From Candidatus Marinacidobacterales bacterium (GTDB taxonomy: Bacteria; Acidobacteriota; Vicinamibacteria; Marinacidobacterales; SMYC01), in NCBI GenBank assembly GCA_965224085.1, contig CBDCYI010000004.1, forward strand, positions 928,001 through 992,000: a stretch of DNA of 64,000 nucleotides, in the 5' to 3' direction. Made by a program: the position numbers and the translations under genes. Below are positions 42,249 to 53,350 of the stretch, piece after piece. Position 1 is the stretch's first letter. Each line of letters starts with the position of its first letter. A model generated the notes under the pieces. It did not search any database, was not told the DNA's origin, and was given only the letters and a program-made list of their open reading frames with translations.

Positions 42249-43166
42249 TCAAGAATGTTTCTTGTAATTCTTCTCCCCCGCCTCGATCCGAATCTCCAAT
42301 CGATTCTCTTTCGTCGGCATCGGACAGGTTGTGTGCGGGTTGTACGCACAAGGGGGGTTGTAGGCCTTGTTGAAATCGATCACGACTTGGCCGCTCTCAG
42401 GCGGTTCGGTGCGTAGGAAGCGGGCAGCCGGATAGGATCCTTTGCCGCTCGTCCCATCCCGGAAGATGAACCACAGCGCACCCTCGCGCGCCTTCATCGG
42501 CTCCATACGCACTTTCTGACCTTGAAGCTCGAAATCCACATAGCCTGCGGCTTCGAAGACTTCGATATCGCCCAGAATGTTCAACATCTCGACTTTCTTC
42601 TCTTCCACGTGCGGAACGAACGTCGCCTGGACGCGGAAGCTCGGGTCGACCGGAAACCAATCGAGGCCGGCGAACTCCTTGCGGTAGGACGCGTTCAAGT
42701 CACGGAGCCGAATCGCGAGACGCTCACCGCTATAGTGCAGCCACATCTTCAAGTCGTTGATCGCGATCGCGTGCTTTTCCCCCATCTCGAGCTCGACGCT
42801 CTGGATGGGCTTTCCGTGTCGGGAGATGGTGACGCCGTCCTTGGCATGGAACGTCGCTTTGCGATCGTGAAACTTGAATACGCCCACCGCACAAGGCGCT
42901 GAGCCCTCAGGGAGCACGAAATCGTTGCTGGTAGCCGTCCCGACCCAGTTCTCACCTTCGCGGAGCCAGTAGAGGCCCGCGACCGTCAGCCAACTACTAT
43001 CCTTTCGCAGGTTCTCTTCGCGCTCAGCCTGCCAGCTCTTTACTCTGTCGACATAGCTGGGATCTTCCACGCTCGAAGCACTGACGATCACGAGCATGAA
43101 GGTCAAAAACGCGAGCGAAGCGAGCGCCGCGCCCACAGCGTATATGAGCGTTCTACGAGATTTCAC
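42249..43166 (-). CDS. DUF1684 domain protein
   Basis: WLTVAGLYWL, FRDGTSGKGSYPAARFL, IDFNKAYNPPCAY..CP. Confidence 0.92.
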   Translation of the reverse strand: MKSRRTLIYAVGAALASLAFLTFMLVIVSASSVEDPSYVDRVKSWQAEREENLRKDSSWLTVAGLYWLREGENWVGTATSNDFVLPEGSAPCAVGVFKFHDRKATFHAKDGVTISRHGKPIQSVELEMGEKHAIAINDLKMWLHYSGERLAIRLRDLNASYRKEFAGLDWFPVDPSFRVQATFVPHVEEKKVEMLNILGDIEVFEAAGYVDFELQGQKVRMEPMKAREGALWFIFRDGTSGKGSYPAARFLRTEPPESGQVVIDFNKAYNPPCAYNPHTTCPMPTKENRLEIRIEAGEKNYKKHS

Positions 43167-43246
43167 AGCTCATACCCTAAACTCCGCCCCACGGGCGCAT
43201 TGTAACTTACGAGAAACGACACCGCTAACCGGCCGGCAGGGGCCCA

Positions 43247-44014
43247 CTATTTCTTGTATTCCATGACGTTTACGGGAGCTGGGCTCTCGAAAACGGAGGC
43301 TGGGACGTCCACGAGCACCGCGACGTTCTCGTGCTTTGCTTCACCACGACCCGCGGAGAGCATGATGCCGCCCTTCTGCTGCCAGTCTTGCCAGGGAATT
43401 TGAAAGCGCGGCTCCGGATCGGAGGCCTTCGGATAGTAGTCCCACTGAGTGACGAAGCGGGAATCCTCGTCGACATAGACGTGATACTTGTTTTCTGGAG
43501 TACGGCCGACATCTTTGAAGGTTAGCTCTAAAACGTCGGCTGCCTTTCCATCCGCCGTCTCGCCTTTGCCAAAATATTTCAAAGTGACGCCGCTGTCCTT
43601 GAGCTTGAACGGCATGAAAACCCAGTAGGAGTCGTTGATCCAAGCGCTCTCGGCATTGTGGAGTGCCTCCTCGAGAGCCGCCGACGCGGTGACCTCCTGA
43701 CCATCCTTAAAGGCGCGCCCTCTCTTCGAGTTCAGATTCATCAGAACGAGCATCTCATCGTCATCGAAGCGAAGGTTACCGCTATGTTTGTCCCACACGT
43801 GCGTGCGGCGTCCGAAGAATTTCCACGTCAGATAGCGGCTTTCGTCCCAGGCTCGGCGGCCACCGAGCTTTTCCATGACTTCGTCCGCGACCGCGATGGC
43901 CTCCGAATCCGATCCTTCGGCGTCGAAACCAGGCATGGGCGGATTCTCCGCTTGGGCTCCGAGCGAAATCGAAGCGCCCAGAACGACGACGCCAGTAAAA
44001 CACACTCTTCGCAT
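43247..44014 (-). CDS. Conserved secreted hypothetical protein
   Basis: Signal peptide; WINDSYWVFMPFKLKDSGV, GRTPENKY; typical codon use. Confidence 0.75.
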   Translation of the reverse strand: MRRVCFTGVVVLGASISLGAQAENPPMPGFDAEGSDSEAIAVADEVMEKLGGRRAWDESRYLTWKFFGRRTHVWDKHSGNLRFDDDEMLVLMNLNSKRGRAFKDGQEVTASAALEEALHNAESAWINDSYWVFMPFKLKDSGVTLKYFGKGETADGKAADVLELTFKDVGRTPENKYHVYVDEDSRFVTQWDYYPKASDPEPRFQIPWQDWQQKGGIMLSAGRGEAKHENVAVLVDVPASVFESPAPVNVMEYKK

Positions 44015-44043
44015 TGGCCTCTCCGTGTGGCCGAGATTGTACC

Positions 44044-44739
44044 TCATCTGTTGAAGGCACCGTCACGCGCTTTGTCCGTCTGCCGCCGATCGGTCTCTCG
44101 TACGACCATCATGAGAAGAAGGGTTGCGAGAGCTCGGAGAATCTCGAAGACCGTGAGGCTCCAGACCGTGGATTCCGCACCGAGGTTTTGCGAGATAATG
44201 TTCCACACGATGCTCACAAGCCAAAACCCCCACCACATGGGGAGAATGGACGGCACGGGCGCAGAAACCCACTCGCCCCCCGATCGGTTTGGGTCGCTAG
44301 CCTGATAGATTTCCTTCACGGAGCGGTACGGACCGATCAGGTTCGCGACGGGAACAAAAGCGATCCCAGCACTCCATCCGGCCGAGAAAAACATTCCTTT
44401 CGCGCCAAGCGAGCGCGCGTCGCGGTTTGCACGAAAGACCCAGACCGAGAAACTCACGACCACGAGCGCAAGCAGCGGCCACGTCAACGCCCAGCTCAGC
44501 TCGAGCGGGCCCGGAGTAAGGGTCAAAATGGCGTTCTGGTAGCCCTCCCAGCGAAAAAAGACGGCGAGATAGAGCGTGGCCCGAAAAGCACGGAGCGCAA
44601 GCTCGACGAGCAGGACGCCGAGGAGGACGGTCGCGGCCCCCGAGCTTTGCCTCGGCAATGGCCGCACGCCGTCGTCGGGAGGAGAGTAAGGATTCGCCCT
44701 TTTCGCCACCGCGCGTTCCATGCTTGTCTCGGAGCCCAT
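44044..44739 (-). CDS. DUF4328 membrane protein
   Basis: NPYSPP, WVFRANRDAR, GWSAG..FVPVANL..PY, WWGFW. Confidence 0.8.
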   Translation of the reverse strand: MGSETSMERAVAKRANPYSPPDDGVRPLPRQSSGAATVLLGVLLVELALRAFRATLYLAVFFRWEGYQNAILTLTPGPLELSWALTWPLLALVVVSFSVWVFRANRDARSLGAKGMFFSAGWSAGIAFVPVANLIGPYRSVKEIYQASDPNRSGGEWVSAPVPSILPMWWGFWLVSIVWNIISQNLGAESTVWSLTVFEILRALATLLLMMVVRETDRRQTDKARDGAFNR

Positions 44740-44840
44740 CCTAGCAACATTTGCCCGACATAGGCTTGACTTCGCTATCCAAGCGCTGTAGCGTGCGCAG
44801 CGTTCTCAGAATCGGTGCGGCGAGAAACGGTACTTGACTC

Positions 44841-46361
44841 TTGCCAAGCGACGACAATTCGAAGCCTATCGCAAATCCTGACGACTCAGCGTATTTTCGC
44901 CTGCTCGTCGACAACTCCCCCGATAGGATCTTGACCCTCGACCCCGAAGGCACGATCCTCTTCATCAATCACGCGCTTGTGAATCTCTCGACCGAAGAAC
45001 TCATCGGCACCGACGTCATGAGCTACGTCGAAGAGCATGAGCGTGCCGCATATGGGGAAGCTCTCGACGATGTTTTCTCGACCGGCGTCTCCCGCTCCCT
45101 AGAGCTGTCGACAGCCGGGCTGACGTCGTCGTTCACGAGGCTCATCCCCATCAAACATGACCATATCGTCGAGACGGTTCTCGTCATCGCGACAGATCTG
45201 AGCGAGCACGAGCGCAAAAACACCGAGGAGGAGCGTAAGAAGTTCGAAACACAGGTCCGACACGCGCAAAAGCTCGAGAGCCTCGCCGTGCTTACCGAGG
45301 GTATTGCTCACGATTTCAACAATCTCCTGACCGGTATCCTCGGGAGCGCGAGTCTCGCCTCTTCGAAGCTCCCAGAGGGCTCCGCCGTGGACGAGCAGAT
45401 CGACCGCATCCTGCAAGCAGCCGAGAAAGCGGCCGTCCTGACGAACCAAATGCTCGCTTATGCCGGCAAGGAAAATTTCGAAGTGGGCTTCGTCGACTTG
45501 AACCAACTCGTCGGCGATGTCATCCCGCTCGTGCGAACGGCGATCTCCAAGAGTACCCGTATCCGTGAGTCGTGGGCCGCGAACCTACCCAGCATCGAGG
45601 CGGATCCGGTCCAGCTCCGACAAGTTGTCGTCGCGCTCGTGACGAACGCCTCGGAAGCGCTCCAAGACGAACACGGCGAGGTCTCGATCCGCACCGGAGC
45701 GCTCAAAAGCACCGATCACTCGGGAACACGCGTTTTCATCGAGATCGCAGACACCGGGCTAGGCATGGATGCCGATACTTCCAAGAGAATCTTCGAGCCC
45801 TTCTTTACGACCAAACTTGCCGGGCGGGGCCTCGGTCTCGCGGCTGCGCAGGGGATCGTCCGCGCCCATCGCGGCGAAATTAGCGTCCAAAGCCAACTGG
45901 GTCGAGGCACGACCGTGACGGTGCTCCTCCCCGCAACGAGCCCGCGCCGCGCGGTGCTCGACGACGAAGTGCGATCGTCACCCGGCAGCACTCGCACCAT
46001 CCTTGTGATCGATGACGAACAAAGCGTCCGAGAAGTCGCCCAGGCAGCGCTCCAGGAAACGGGCTTCGAAGTGCTGCTCGCCGGTAGCGGCCACGAAGCA
46101 CTCGACATTTTCGTCGAGCGAGCGTCAGAGATCGACGCGGTCCTACTCGACGTGTCGATGCCACGTATGAGCGGAGAGCAAACGTTGGTCAAGCTCCGCC
46201 GTATGCGGCCCCACGTAAAGATCTTGCTCACGAGCGGCCATAGCGAACAGGTAGTTTTGCAGACGTTCGAGGGCAAGAAAGCCTCAGCATTCATTCAAAA
46301 GCCGTTTCGCGCTTCGGAGCTGGTCGATCGGATCCAGCAAGTGGTGAACCCGCGGCTCTGA
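44841..46361 (+). CDS. PAS hybrid sensor histidine kinase / response regulator
   Basis: AHDFNNLL H-box, DTGLGM, FEPFFTTK, GRGLGL, receiver LVIDD..LLDVSMP..KPF. Confidence 0.94.
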   Translation: MPSDDNSKPIANPDDSAYFRLLVDNSPDRILTLDPEGTILFINHALVNLSTEELIGTDVMSYVEEHERAAYGEALDDVFSTGVSRSLELSTAGLTSSFTRLIPIKHDHIVETVLVIATDLSEHERKNTEEERKKFETQVRHAQKLESLAVLTEGIAHDFNNLLTGILGSASLASSKLPEGSAVDEQIDRILQAAEKAAVLTNQMLAYAGKENFEVGFVDLNQLVGDVIPLVRTAISKSTRIRESWAANLPSIEADPVQLRQVVVALVTNASEALQDEHGEVSIRTGALKSTDHSGTRVFIEIADTGLGMDADTSKRIFEPFFTTKLAGRGLGLAAAQGIVRAHRGEISVQSQLGRGTTVTVLLPATSPRRAVLDDEVRSSPGSTRTILVIDDEQSVREVAQAALQETGFEVLLAGSGHEALDIFVERASEIDAVLLDVSMPRMSGEQTLVKLRRMRPHVKILLTSGHSEQVVLQTFEGKKASAFIQKPFRASELVDRIQQVVNPRL

Positions 46362-46362
46362 G

Positions 46363-46962
46363 TCAAGCCGCGGGACGCATTAGGGACGCCCTAAGCAACA
46401 GGAAATATTCCAAGCTCTCCCAGATATGTAGTCGAGGCATGAGCGGCTCCCACACCGGAATGAACCGCGCGAGCCAATGCGATAAGACTTTCGCACGAAA
46501 ATAGCGCTCGTGCTCCCATTCCGCCTCCGCCATCCGAAGAAGATCCATCGCTAGATGGGGCTCCTCCGCGAGCACCGCGAAGCGAGCCGCGTCCTCATAC
46601 TCTTGAACATTGGCAGCCTCGAGTCTGCCCGCCCCGTACATCGGCGCGAACCAGCCTCCGAAGCGGCAAAAAGCGCTGACTGCCGATCCAATCCAAGACA
46701 TCCTTCGTTCGAGGCGGGCGTCCGGACCGGCGCCGAGTTCCCGCAACATGTTGCCCACATACAGGCGGTGCTCGAGCTCTTCACGCTCGATATTCTGGAT
46801 CTCCGCGACCTCCCGGGCGTCCCGGAGCGAATGCCAGTGCCCGCGATAGGCACGAGCAGCCCCAAGCTCCCCCGCGTGTGCATTCTTCAAAACCGCCACG
46901 AGAGCGATACGGGCCGAGGCCCGGTCAAGCGTGACCGAAGGTCTCATCGTCGGCCTCCTCAC
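46363..46962 (-). CDS. Ferritin-like / demethoxyubiquinone hydroxylase (Coq7) family protein
   Basis: AHAGELGAARAYRGH, EELEH, EWEHE di-iron motifs. Confidence 0.8.
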   Translation of the reverse strand: MRRPTMRPSVTLDRASARIALVAVLKNAHAGELGAARAYRGHWHSLRDAREVAEIQNIEREELEHRLYVGNMLRELGAGPDARLERRMSWIGSAVSAFCRFGGWFAPMYGAGRLEAANVQEYEDAARFAVLAEEPHLAMDLLRMAEAEWEHERYFRAKVLSHWLARFIPVWEPLMPRLHIWESLEYFLLLRASLMRPAA

Positions 46963-47137
46963 ACATCATTGTTCGAAAATCGCAGCTTCTTCGCCAGGTT
47001 TCTGCAGCTAGAGCGACCGGTGCCGATCACCTTCTGTGCTACGATCGTCGGATCAGAGAACAGATGCGCAAGGTCCTCTACTTGAACGAGATCGTCCCGC
47101 CGCCCGACCATCGCGAACGCGGACTGGAGCTTCCATA

Positions 47138-48838
47138 GTGTCCGAAGAATGCTCCGACAAAGCGCCATCGCTCGATTTCATCCGAACGATCGTCTCGGAA
47201 GACGTGGCGAACGGGAAACATGACGGCCGCGTCGCCACGCGTTTCCCTCCCGAGCCGAACGGCTATTTGCACATTGGCCACGCTAAATCGATCTACCTCA
47301 ATTTCGGGGTCGCCGAAGAGTATGGCGGGACGTGCAACTTGCGCTTCGACGATACGAACCCGACGAAAGAAGACGTGGAATATGTCGACGCCATCAAGGA
47401 GGACGTCCGCTGGCTCGGTTTCGACTGGGACGAGCGGTTGTACTATGCCTCCGACTACTTCGAAAAGATCTATGCGCGCGCCGTCAAGCTCATCCGAGAT
47501 GGCAACGCTTATGTCGACAGCCTGAGTGCTGCGGAAATCCGTGAATATCGCGGCACGCTGACAGAGCCGGGCAAGAACAGCCCCTATCGGGAGCGTTCCG
47601 TCGAAGAGAACCTCGACCTGTTCGAGAGAATGCGCGCGGGCGAGTTCGCGGACGGAATGCACGTCCTGCGAGCAAAGATCGACATGGCTTCGGGCAACGT
47701 GAACATGCGCGATCCGACGCTCTATCGGATCCGGAAAGTAGCGCACCATCGCACCGGCGACAAGTGGAACATCTATCCGCTGTATGACTTCACTCACGCC
47801 GTCTCGGACGCCTTCGAGCACATCACGCACTCACTTTGCACCCTCGAGTTCGAGGATCACCGCCCGCTCTACAATTGGTCGATCGACGAGACCGGCGTCG
47901 CGTTCAAGCCGCGGCAAATCGAGTTTGCCCGTTTGAACTTGAGCTACACGATTCTCAGCAAGCGCAAGCTTCTGCGCCTCGTGCAAGAAGGCCACGTCGG
48001 CGGATGGGACGACCCCCGGATGCCGACGCTCTGCGGATTGCGGCGGCGCGGCTACACGCCAGAATCTCTCCGAACGTTTTGCGAGCGGATCGGGCTCGCG
48101 AAGCGTGACAGCCTCGTGGACGTCGCACAGCTCGAGCACGCGGTCCGTGAAGACTTGAACGCCCGCGCCCCTCGTGTGATGGGTGTCCTCCACCCTCTCC
48201 GAGTCGTGCTCGAAAACTGCCCTGAAGGCGAAGTGGACGAGCTCGACGCGGTGAACAACCCCGAGGACGAGAGCGCCGGGACGCGCAAAGTGCCTTTCTC
48301 GCATGTTCTGTATATCGAGCGCGCGGACTTCATGGAGGATCCTCCGAAAAAGTTCTTCCGGCTCGCTCCTGGCCGCGAAGTCCGGCTTCGCTACGCCTAT
48401 CTCATCACGTGCACCGATGTCGTCAAGGACGACGCGGGCGAGATCGTCGAGCTTCGCTGCACCTACGACCCCGAAACGCGCGGCGGTACACCACCCGATG
48501 GACGCCGCGTGCGCGGCACGCTCCATTGGGTATCCGCCGAGCACGCGCTCGATGCGGAAGTGCGCCTCTACGATCGGCTCTTCTCGCGCGAGAGACCCGA
48601 CGACGTGGCAGAAGGTCAGGACTTCACCGCGAGCTTGAATCCCGACTCGCTCGAGATCCTCGAAAGCGCCAAGCTCGAGCCAAGTGTGGCCGGCGCCGCG
48701 CCGGGTACTCGTTATCAGTTCGAGCGGCAGGGTTATTTCGTCGTCGATGCGGACGCATCGGCCGACAAGCTCGTCTTCAATCGCACCGTCTCGCTCAAAG
48801 ACGCGTGGGCGAGGATCGCGGCTCGGGGCTCGCAGTAG
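47138..48838 (+). CDS. glnS: Glutamine--tRNA ligase
   Basis: [39 protein letters not shown]. Confidence 0.97.
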   Translation: MSEECSDKAPSLDFIRTIVSEDVANGKHDGRVATRFPPEPNGYLHIGHAKSIYLNFGVAEEYGGTCNLRFDDTNPTKEDVEYVDAIKEDVRWLGFDWDERLYYASDYFEKIYARAVKLIRDGNAYVDSLSAAEIREYRGTLTEPGKNSPYRERSVEENLDLFERMRAGEFADGMHVLRAKIDMASGNVNMRDPTLYRIRKVAHHRTGDKWNIYPLYDFTHAVSDAFEHITHSLCTLEFEDHRPLYNWSIDETGVAFKPRQIEFARLNLSYTILSKRKLLRLVQEGHVGGWDDPRMPTLCGLRRRGYTPESLRTFCERIGLAKRDSLVDVAQLEHAVREDLNARAPRVMGVLHPLRVVLENCPEGEVDELDAVNNPEDESAGTRKVPFSHVLYIERADFMEDPPKKFFRLAPGREVRLRYAYLITCTDVVKDDAGEIVELRCTYDPETRGGTPPDGRRVRGTLHWVSAEHALDAEVRLYDRLFSRERPDDVAEGQDFTASLNPDSLEILESAKLEPSVAGAAPGTRYQFERQGYFVVDADASADKLVFNRTVSLKDAWARIAARGSQ

Positions 48839-48952
48839 CTTCGTTCCGCTACCGGCTACCCCCTACTTTTCTTGCTTTTCACGTCCTCACTTGTTTGAGA
48901 CAATTTAGACATCCGCCACAACCGAATTCCACTTTTCCCAGGAGTTGGTGCT

Positions 48953-50317
48953 ATGACTCGACGCCGGCAGTTTCTCAAAACCGCAGGGCTAGCGGCTTTG
49001 CATTCCATTGTCCAGGGGCGCTACGCGGGCGCTGCGACTCAAGGGGAGCACATCCTCGTCATCGGAGCCGGTATGTCTGGGCTCGCGGCGGCGCGCGAGC
49101 TCCGGGCGCATGGCCACACGGTCACCGTGCTCGAAGGACGCGAGCGCATTGGCGGACGGGTTTGGACAAACTCTGAGCTCGGTTTTCCCATCGACCTCGG
49201 AGCGAGCTGGATCCAGGGTACCGACGGCAATCCGCTCACGAAGCTCGCGCAACAACACGGGGTCGACGTGCATCAGACGAACGCCGACAGTGTTCGGCTA
49301 TGGGGGGCCCCGGACGGCAAGCCCATCCCCGATGCACCCCTCGAAGAAGCTTTTGCGGAGTTCGAAGAGCTCGGCGACGCGCTCGAGGAAATCGCGGCCG
49401 CGCTCGAAGAAAACGAGGACATCTCTGTAGAAGAAGCCACGGAGCTCTTGCTCGCGGACGAGGAGCTCTCGGAACAAGACGAGCTCGCACTCTCGTGGTT
49501 CGCTTCCGCGTTTATGGTGCTCTCCTCTGGAGCCGAGCCCAGGGAGCATTCAGTTATCTACGCCGACGCGGGCGAAGGTTTCGGCGGTGGTGACGTGTTG
49601 TTCCCCGACGGTTATCACCAGCTCATCGAGGCCGTCGGCAGCGGCACCGACATCAAGCTCGGTCACAAAGTCCACCACATCCACTACGGCGGCTCGTCCG
49701 TGCAGGTGGAAACGAATCGCGGGACCTTCCAGGGTGACCGCGTGATCGTGACACTTCCCCTCGGCGTCTTGCGCTCGGGCGCGGTGAAATTCTCACCTGC
49801 TTTGCCTGGCGAAAAGACCGCGGCCACAGGAAGGCTTCGGATGGGGCTTCTCGACAAAGTCGTCCTTCGCTATCCTGAAGCTTTCTGGCCACAAGATCGT
49901 GACTATCTCGCCTATGCGTCGGAAACCCACGGGGAGTTCCCGGTCTTTCTGAACGCGCAGCGCTTCACCGGAAAACCCGTGCTCATGGCTTTCGTGGGCG
50001 GCGATTTCGCCCGCGCGCTCGAGAATGAGAGCGACGAAGCTATCGCGGAACATGCTACCCGCATCTTGAGCCGGATCGCCGGCGACGCCGTTTCCGATCC
50101 TGTCGACGGTGTCGTGAGCCGGTGGGCGTCGGATCCGTTCTCGGGTGGCTCTTACTCCTACCTTCCCGTTGGATCGACACCCCGAGACTATGACGCCATC
50201 GCCGAGCCGGTTTCTGAACGTCTGATGTTCGCGGGCGAGGCAACGATCAAGGAGTACTACGCAACGGTGCACGGCGCCTACCTCTCAGGGATGCGTGAAG
50301 CAAAGCGCATCGGCTGA
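48953..50317 (+). CDS. Flavin monoamine/polyamine oxidase family, Tat-exported
   Basis: TRRRQFLK Tat motif; GAGMSG, RIGGR, FAGEAT, TVHGAYLSG. Confidence 0.92.
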   Translation: MTRRRQFLKTAGLAALHSIVQGRYAGAATQGEHILVIGAGMSGLAAARELRAHGHTVTVLEGRERIGGRVWTNSELGFPIDLGASWIQGTDGNPLTKLAQQHGVDVHQTNADSVRLWGAPDGKPIPDAPLEEAFAEFEELGDALEEIAAALEENEDISVEEATELLLADEELSEQDELALSWFASAFMVLSSGAEPREHSVIYADAGEGFGGGDVLFPDGYHQLIEAVGSGTDIKLGHKVHHIHYGGSSVQVETNRGTFQGDRVIVTLPLGVLRSGAVKFSPALPGEKTAATGRLRMGLLDKVVLRYPEAFWPQDRDYLAYASETHGEFPVFLNAQRFTGKPVLMAFVGGDFARALENESDEAIAEHATRILSRIAGDAVSDPVDGVVSRWASDPFSGGSYSYLPVGSTPRDYDAIAEPVSERLMFAGEATIKEYYATVHGAYLSGMREAKRIG

Positions 50318-50384
50318 CTGGTCAAAAGCAAGATCAAAGAAAGAGGACGCTGAGCGCAGCGTTGCGAGACTGCCTCACCGCTCG

Positions 50385-50773
50385 AACGCATTAGCGCCAA
50401 ACAAGCGCGCGTTTCACACGAACATGCCAGGAATGGCCTTCAAAGACGCCAAACCGTGGTTGAGCTACGGAGTGATGGGCGGCGACATGCAGCCGCAGGG
50501 CCACACCCAAGTGCTATTGAACATGATGGAGTTCGGAATGAACGTCCAGGAGGCGGGCGAGATGGCGCGCTTCCGCCATTTTTCCGATCGCGCGGTCGGC
50601 TTCGAGTCCGACATCGGCATCGACGTTGTTCAGGCGCTCATTGAAAAAGGACACCTACCGCGAATATCGATGGGCGCTTATGGCGGCTACCAAGCCATCA
50701 TGTCGATTGGGAGCAAGGTGTTTTGCTTGGCGGATCAGATGTGCGCAAAGACGGCGCAGCAATGGGCTACTGA
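50385..50773 (+). pseudogene. Gamma-glutamyltransferase C-terminal remnant
   Basis: LAPNKRAFHT, GVMGGDMQPQGHTQ, GGYQAI; frameshift before the terminal DVRKDG..GY*. Confidence 0.8.
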
Positions 50774-50869
50774 CACCGCTCTCGGATAGTCTGTCGCAAC
50801 TCCCACGCGGTGACGTGACGCCCAGCCGGTCAGAAGGGGGCATCAAGGGCGAAGCCCGATGACCAGCAG

Positions 50870-51874
50870 CTAACTGACTTGCGAGCGGGAGAAAAACGTC
50901 TCTTCCAGCAACCCGTCGGATGCTCTCGTCGTGCGGAAAAAGCCGCTTGCGAGTAGCGAATGGATATGCCGGAGCACCTGGAAATCCGTCAGCTCTGACT
51001 CCTCCATGACGCGGACGATCGTCTGATAGCGGATGAGATACTCGTAAGTCTCCATCTCATCGACGTTGAGTGTACTGACGGCGACGTCGCAAGCGTCGTT
51101 GAGCCCGATCTCGTAAACGAGCGGCGGGAGCTTCGACGTCAGCCGCTCGAGCGCTTCAATTTGTTGCATCGCCTCCAAAATTAGCGGCTCCGTCCGTCCC
51201 CCGATCGTCGTTGGTACGGTCGCATCCGCGGGAAACTCGAAGACTTCGTACCGACCTTTTTGAATCCCGAGCACGCGGTGAAGCGCTTTCTCCTTGCGAA
51301 CGTTGCCACATTGGCAATGTACTATCTGACCGTCCCGCAGGTAGAGCCGACCGTCACCGCTCTGGTTCCGGATGACGATCATCGCCGTCATCCCTTGGTT
51401 GGCGAGCTGCATCAGCAAATCGGGTAGGGTCGTATCGATACGCTCCGGAGACACCGTGAACTGCGTTGCGGACACGGCCTCTTGATACGGAAGGATGTTC
51501 CCGACCGTCCCGATATGAAACGGGCTGGCGAGCTTGGTTTTCGGCCGGCGACGCTGCACGAGCGTGACGCTCAATTGAAAGCTCCCGATGCGGATGCGGT
51601 CCCCGGTGTGCAGACGTTGCCGGCGCACGGATTCGTCGTTCACGTAGGTACCGTTGGCGCTCCCCATATCGCGAATGAGCAGCTCGTCAGCCTCGTTCAA
51701 GATCTCGACGTGATAGTTCGACACGCGGTTCGAGCGAAGCTGGATATCGTTCGTATGGTGGCGCCCAATCGCGACCCGGAAGGTTTCCTGAAGATCGAAG
51801 CTATGGACCTGGCGCTCGGTGCCCAATTGCAGCACCATCTCGTGAAGCGGCAAGTCGTTTTGTACGTGGTCCAT
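50870..51874 (-). CDS. FHA domain + DUF4388-like domain protein
   Basis: IGRH..VSNYH..DMGSANGTYVN FHA; LPDLLMQL..GRLYLRDGQIVH. Confidence 0.82.
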   Translation of the reverse strand: MDHVQNDLPLHEMVLQLGTERQVHSFDLQETFRVAIGRHHTNDIQLRSNRVSNYHVEILNEADELLIRDMGSANGTYVNDESVRRQRLHTGDRIRIGSFQLSVTLVQRRRPKTKLASPFHIGTVGNILPYQEAVSATQFTVSPERIDTTLPDLLMQLANQGMTAMIVIRNQSGDGRLYLRDGQIVHCQCGNVRKEKALHRVLGIQKGRYEVFEFPADATVPTTIGGRTEPLILEAMQQIEALERLTSKLPPLVYEIGLNDACDVAVSTLNVDEMETYEYLIRYQTIVRVMEESELTDFQVLRHIHSLLASGFFRTTRASDGLLEETFFSRSQVS

Positions 51875-51900
51875 AGACGAAAAGAGCCCCACGCGTTTAA

Positions 51901-51916
51901 AGCAATTGGGGTGCCA
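51901..51916 (-). promoter_or_regulatory. Putative sigma-54 promoter
   Basis: Minus strand TGGCACCCCAATTGCT, near-perfect consensus, upstream of the FHA gene. Confidence 0.72.
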
Positions 51917-52004
51917 ACGCGCTATCCGTCAGAGAAAACAGAACTTTTGCCGACGTATACTCTCTGTGTTGTGGGGATTTGCCTGCGGCGAGGCATGCAT
52001 TCTG

Positions 52005-53114
52005 TTATGCGAGCCGTGCCAATCCGAAAAACGGATGGGGAGGGGCCTCGCCCAATACCGCCTCGGCGACGTGCTCTCCTAGTGCAGGTCCGTGTTTGTA
52101 ACCATGCCCCGAACCCCCGCCGACCACCCAAACATTCTCCGCGTCGGGGTGCCGGTCGATGATGAAGTGATGGTCGGAGCTGTTCTCGTATTGACACACG
52201 CGTGCCTCGACGAGCGGGGCGCCCTTCATGCCCGGGAAGCGAAACTCCATGTAGTCGCGCGCCGCCGCGATGGACTCCTCCCGCGGGAGGCGCTCCATCG
52301 TCGTTGGATCAACTGTCTCGCCTGTCGAATCATCTGCGATTTTGAACCCGCGCCAATCACTGCCGGGAATGCCGTAATAAAGCCGAGCCCCGTTGTCGAT
52401 CCAGATGGGGCAGGCGCCCTCGAGGTAGCGCGCATATCCAAGAGGCGTCCCGAAGTAGTAAATCTCTTGCCGCGTCGGTGTGATGAACGTCTCGCCGAGC
52501 TCGGGAAAAAGGCCACCGAGCCAAGGGCCGCAAGCAAAAACGTAATTGTCCGCGCTTAACGTCTCGCCGTCCGAGAGAACAACGCCCTCCGGGCGGCGCC
52601 TCCCGGCGCTCTGAACATAGGTACCGCCGAGCTCGATGCACGCCTCGAGCACGGCTTGGCACCCGCGCCGCGCAAGAAGATAGCCGACGTCCTCTTCGTA
52701 AATCGCCCATTGAACGTCTTCGAAGTTTATCTGGGGGAAGCGTCGGGAGGCTTCACTCACGCTCAGCTTCTCGAAGGGAACCCCGACTTTCCTCAGGACC
52801 TGGACCGCCGATCGCTCAGAGTCATCGTCAGCGCCCGCCATCCAAAGACCGCCCATTCGATGGTAGAGCTTTATGTCCCAACGCTTCTCGTACTCTTTCC
52901 ATAGCTCGAGCGAACGTACTACCCAGCGCGTATAGATCTCGTCGGCGCCGTAGGTCGCGCGGATGACGCGGCTCTCACCGCCCGAGCTCGCTCGCGAATG
53001 GCCCGGCCCCCAGGCGTCGACGAGCGTGACCGAAACACCTTTGCGCAACAAGTGAAGCGCCGTCCAGCCCCCGAAGACACCGGCGCCAACGACGACTGCG
53101 GAAGATTGCGTCAT
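52005..53114 (-). CDS. FAD-dependent oxidoreductase, monomeric sarcosine oxidase-like
   Basis: VVGAGVFG, SSGGESRVIR, VCQYE, GGGSGHGYKHGP. Confidence 0.9.
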   Translation of the reverse strand: MTQSSAVVVGAGVFGGWTALHLLRKGVSVTLVDAWGPGHSRASSGGESRVIRATYGADEIYTRWVVRSLELWKEYEKRWDIKLYHRMGGLWMAGADDDSERSAVQVLRKVGVPFEKLSVSEASRRFPQINFEDVQWAIYEEDVGYLLARRGCQAVLEACIELGGTYVQSAGRRRPEGVVLSDGETLSADNYVFACGPWLGGLFPELGETFITPTRQEIYYFGTPLGYARYLEGACPIWIDNGARLYYGIPGSDWRGFKIADDSTGETVDPTTMERLPREESIAAARDYMEFRFPGMKGAPLVEARVCQYENSSDHHFIIDRHPDAENVWVVGGGSGHGYKHGPALGEHVAEAVLGEAPPHPFFGLARLA

Positions 53115-53350
53115 GGCTGTGTCGAGACGCTCATGCCTTTGCGATGCTCAGAGAACCAGTCCAGGATATAGAGCTGCGTTCGGATGAAGCTCGACGGCAT
53201 CGAGCTCGTTCCGTGATATTCCTTGTTGAAGCGAAGAAGCGCGGTCTCAACGCCGAGAATCTTGAGCGCCTGGTAGTACTCCTCGGTCTGGCTCATCGGC
53301 GTGCGCAAATCGAGCTCGCCCGTCATTAGAAGGGTCGGCGCTGTGACGTT
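53111..53350 (-). pseudogene. S9 peptidase C-terminal remnant
   Basis: NVTAPTLLMTGELDLRTPMSQTEEYYQALK..EYHG. Confidence 0.82.
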
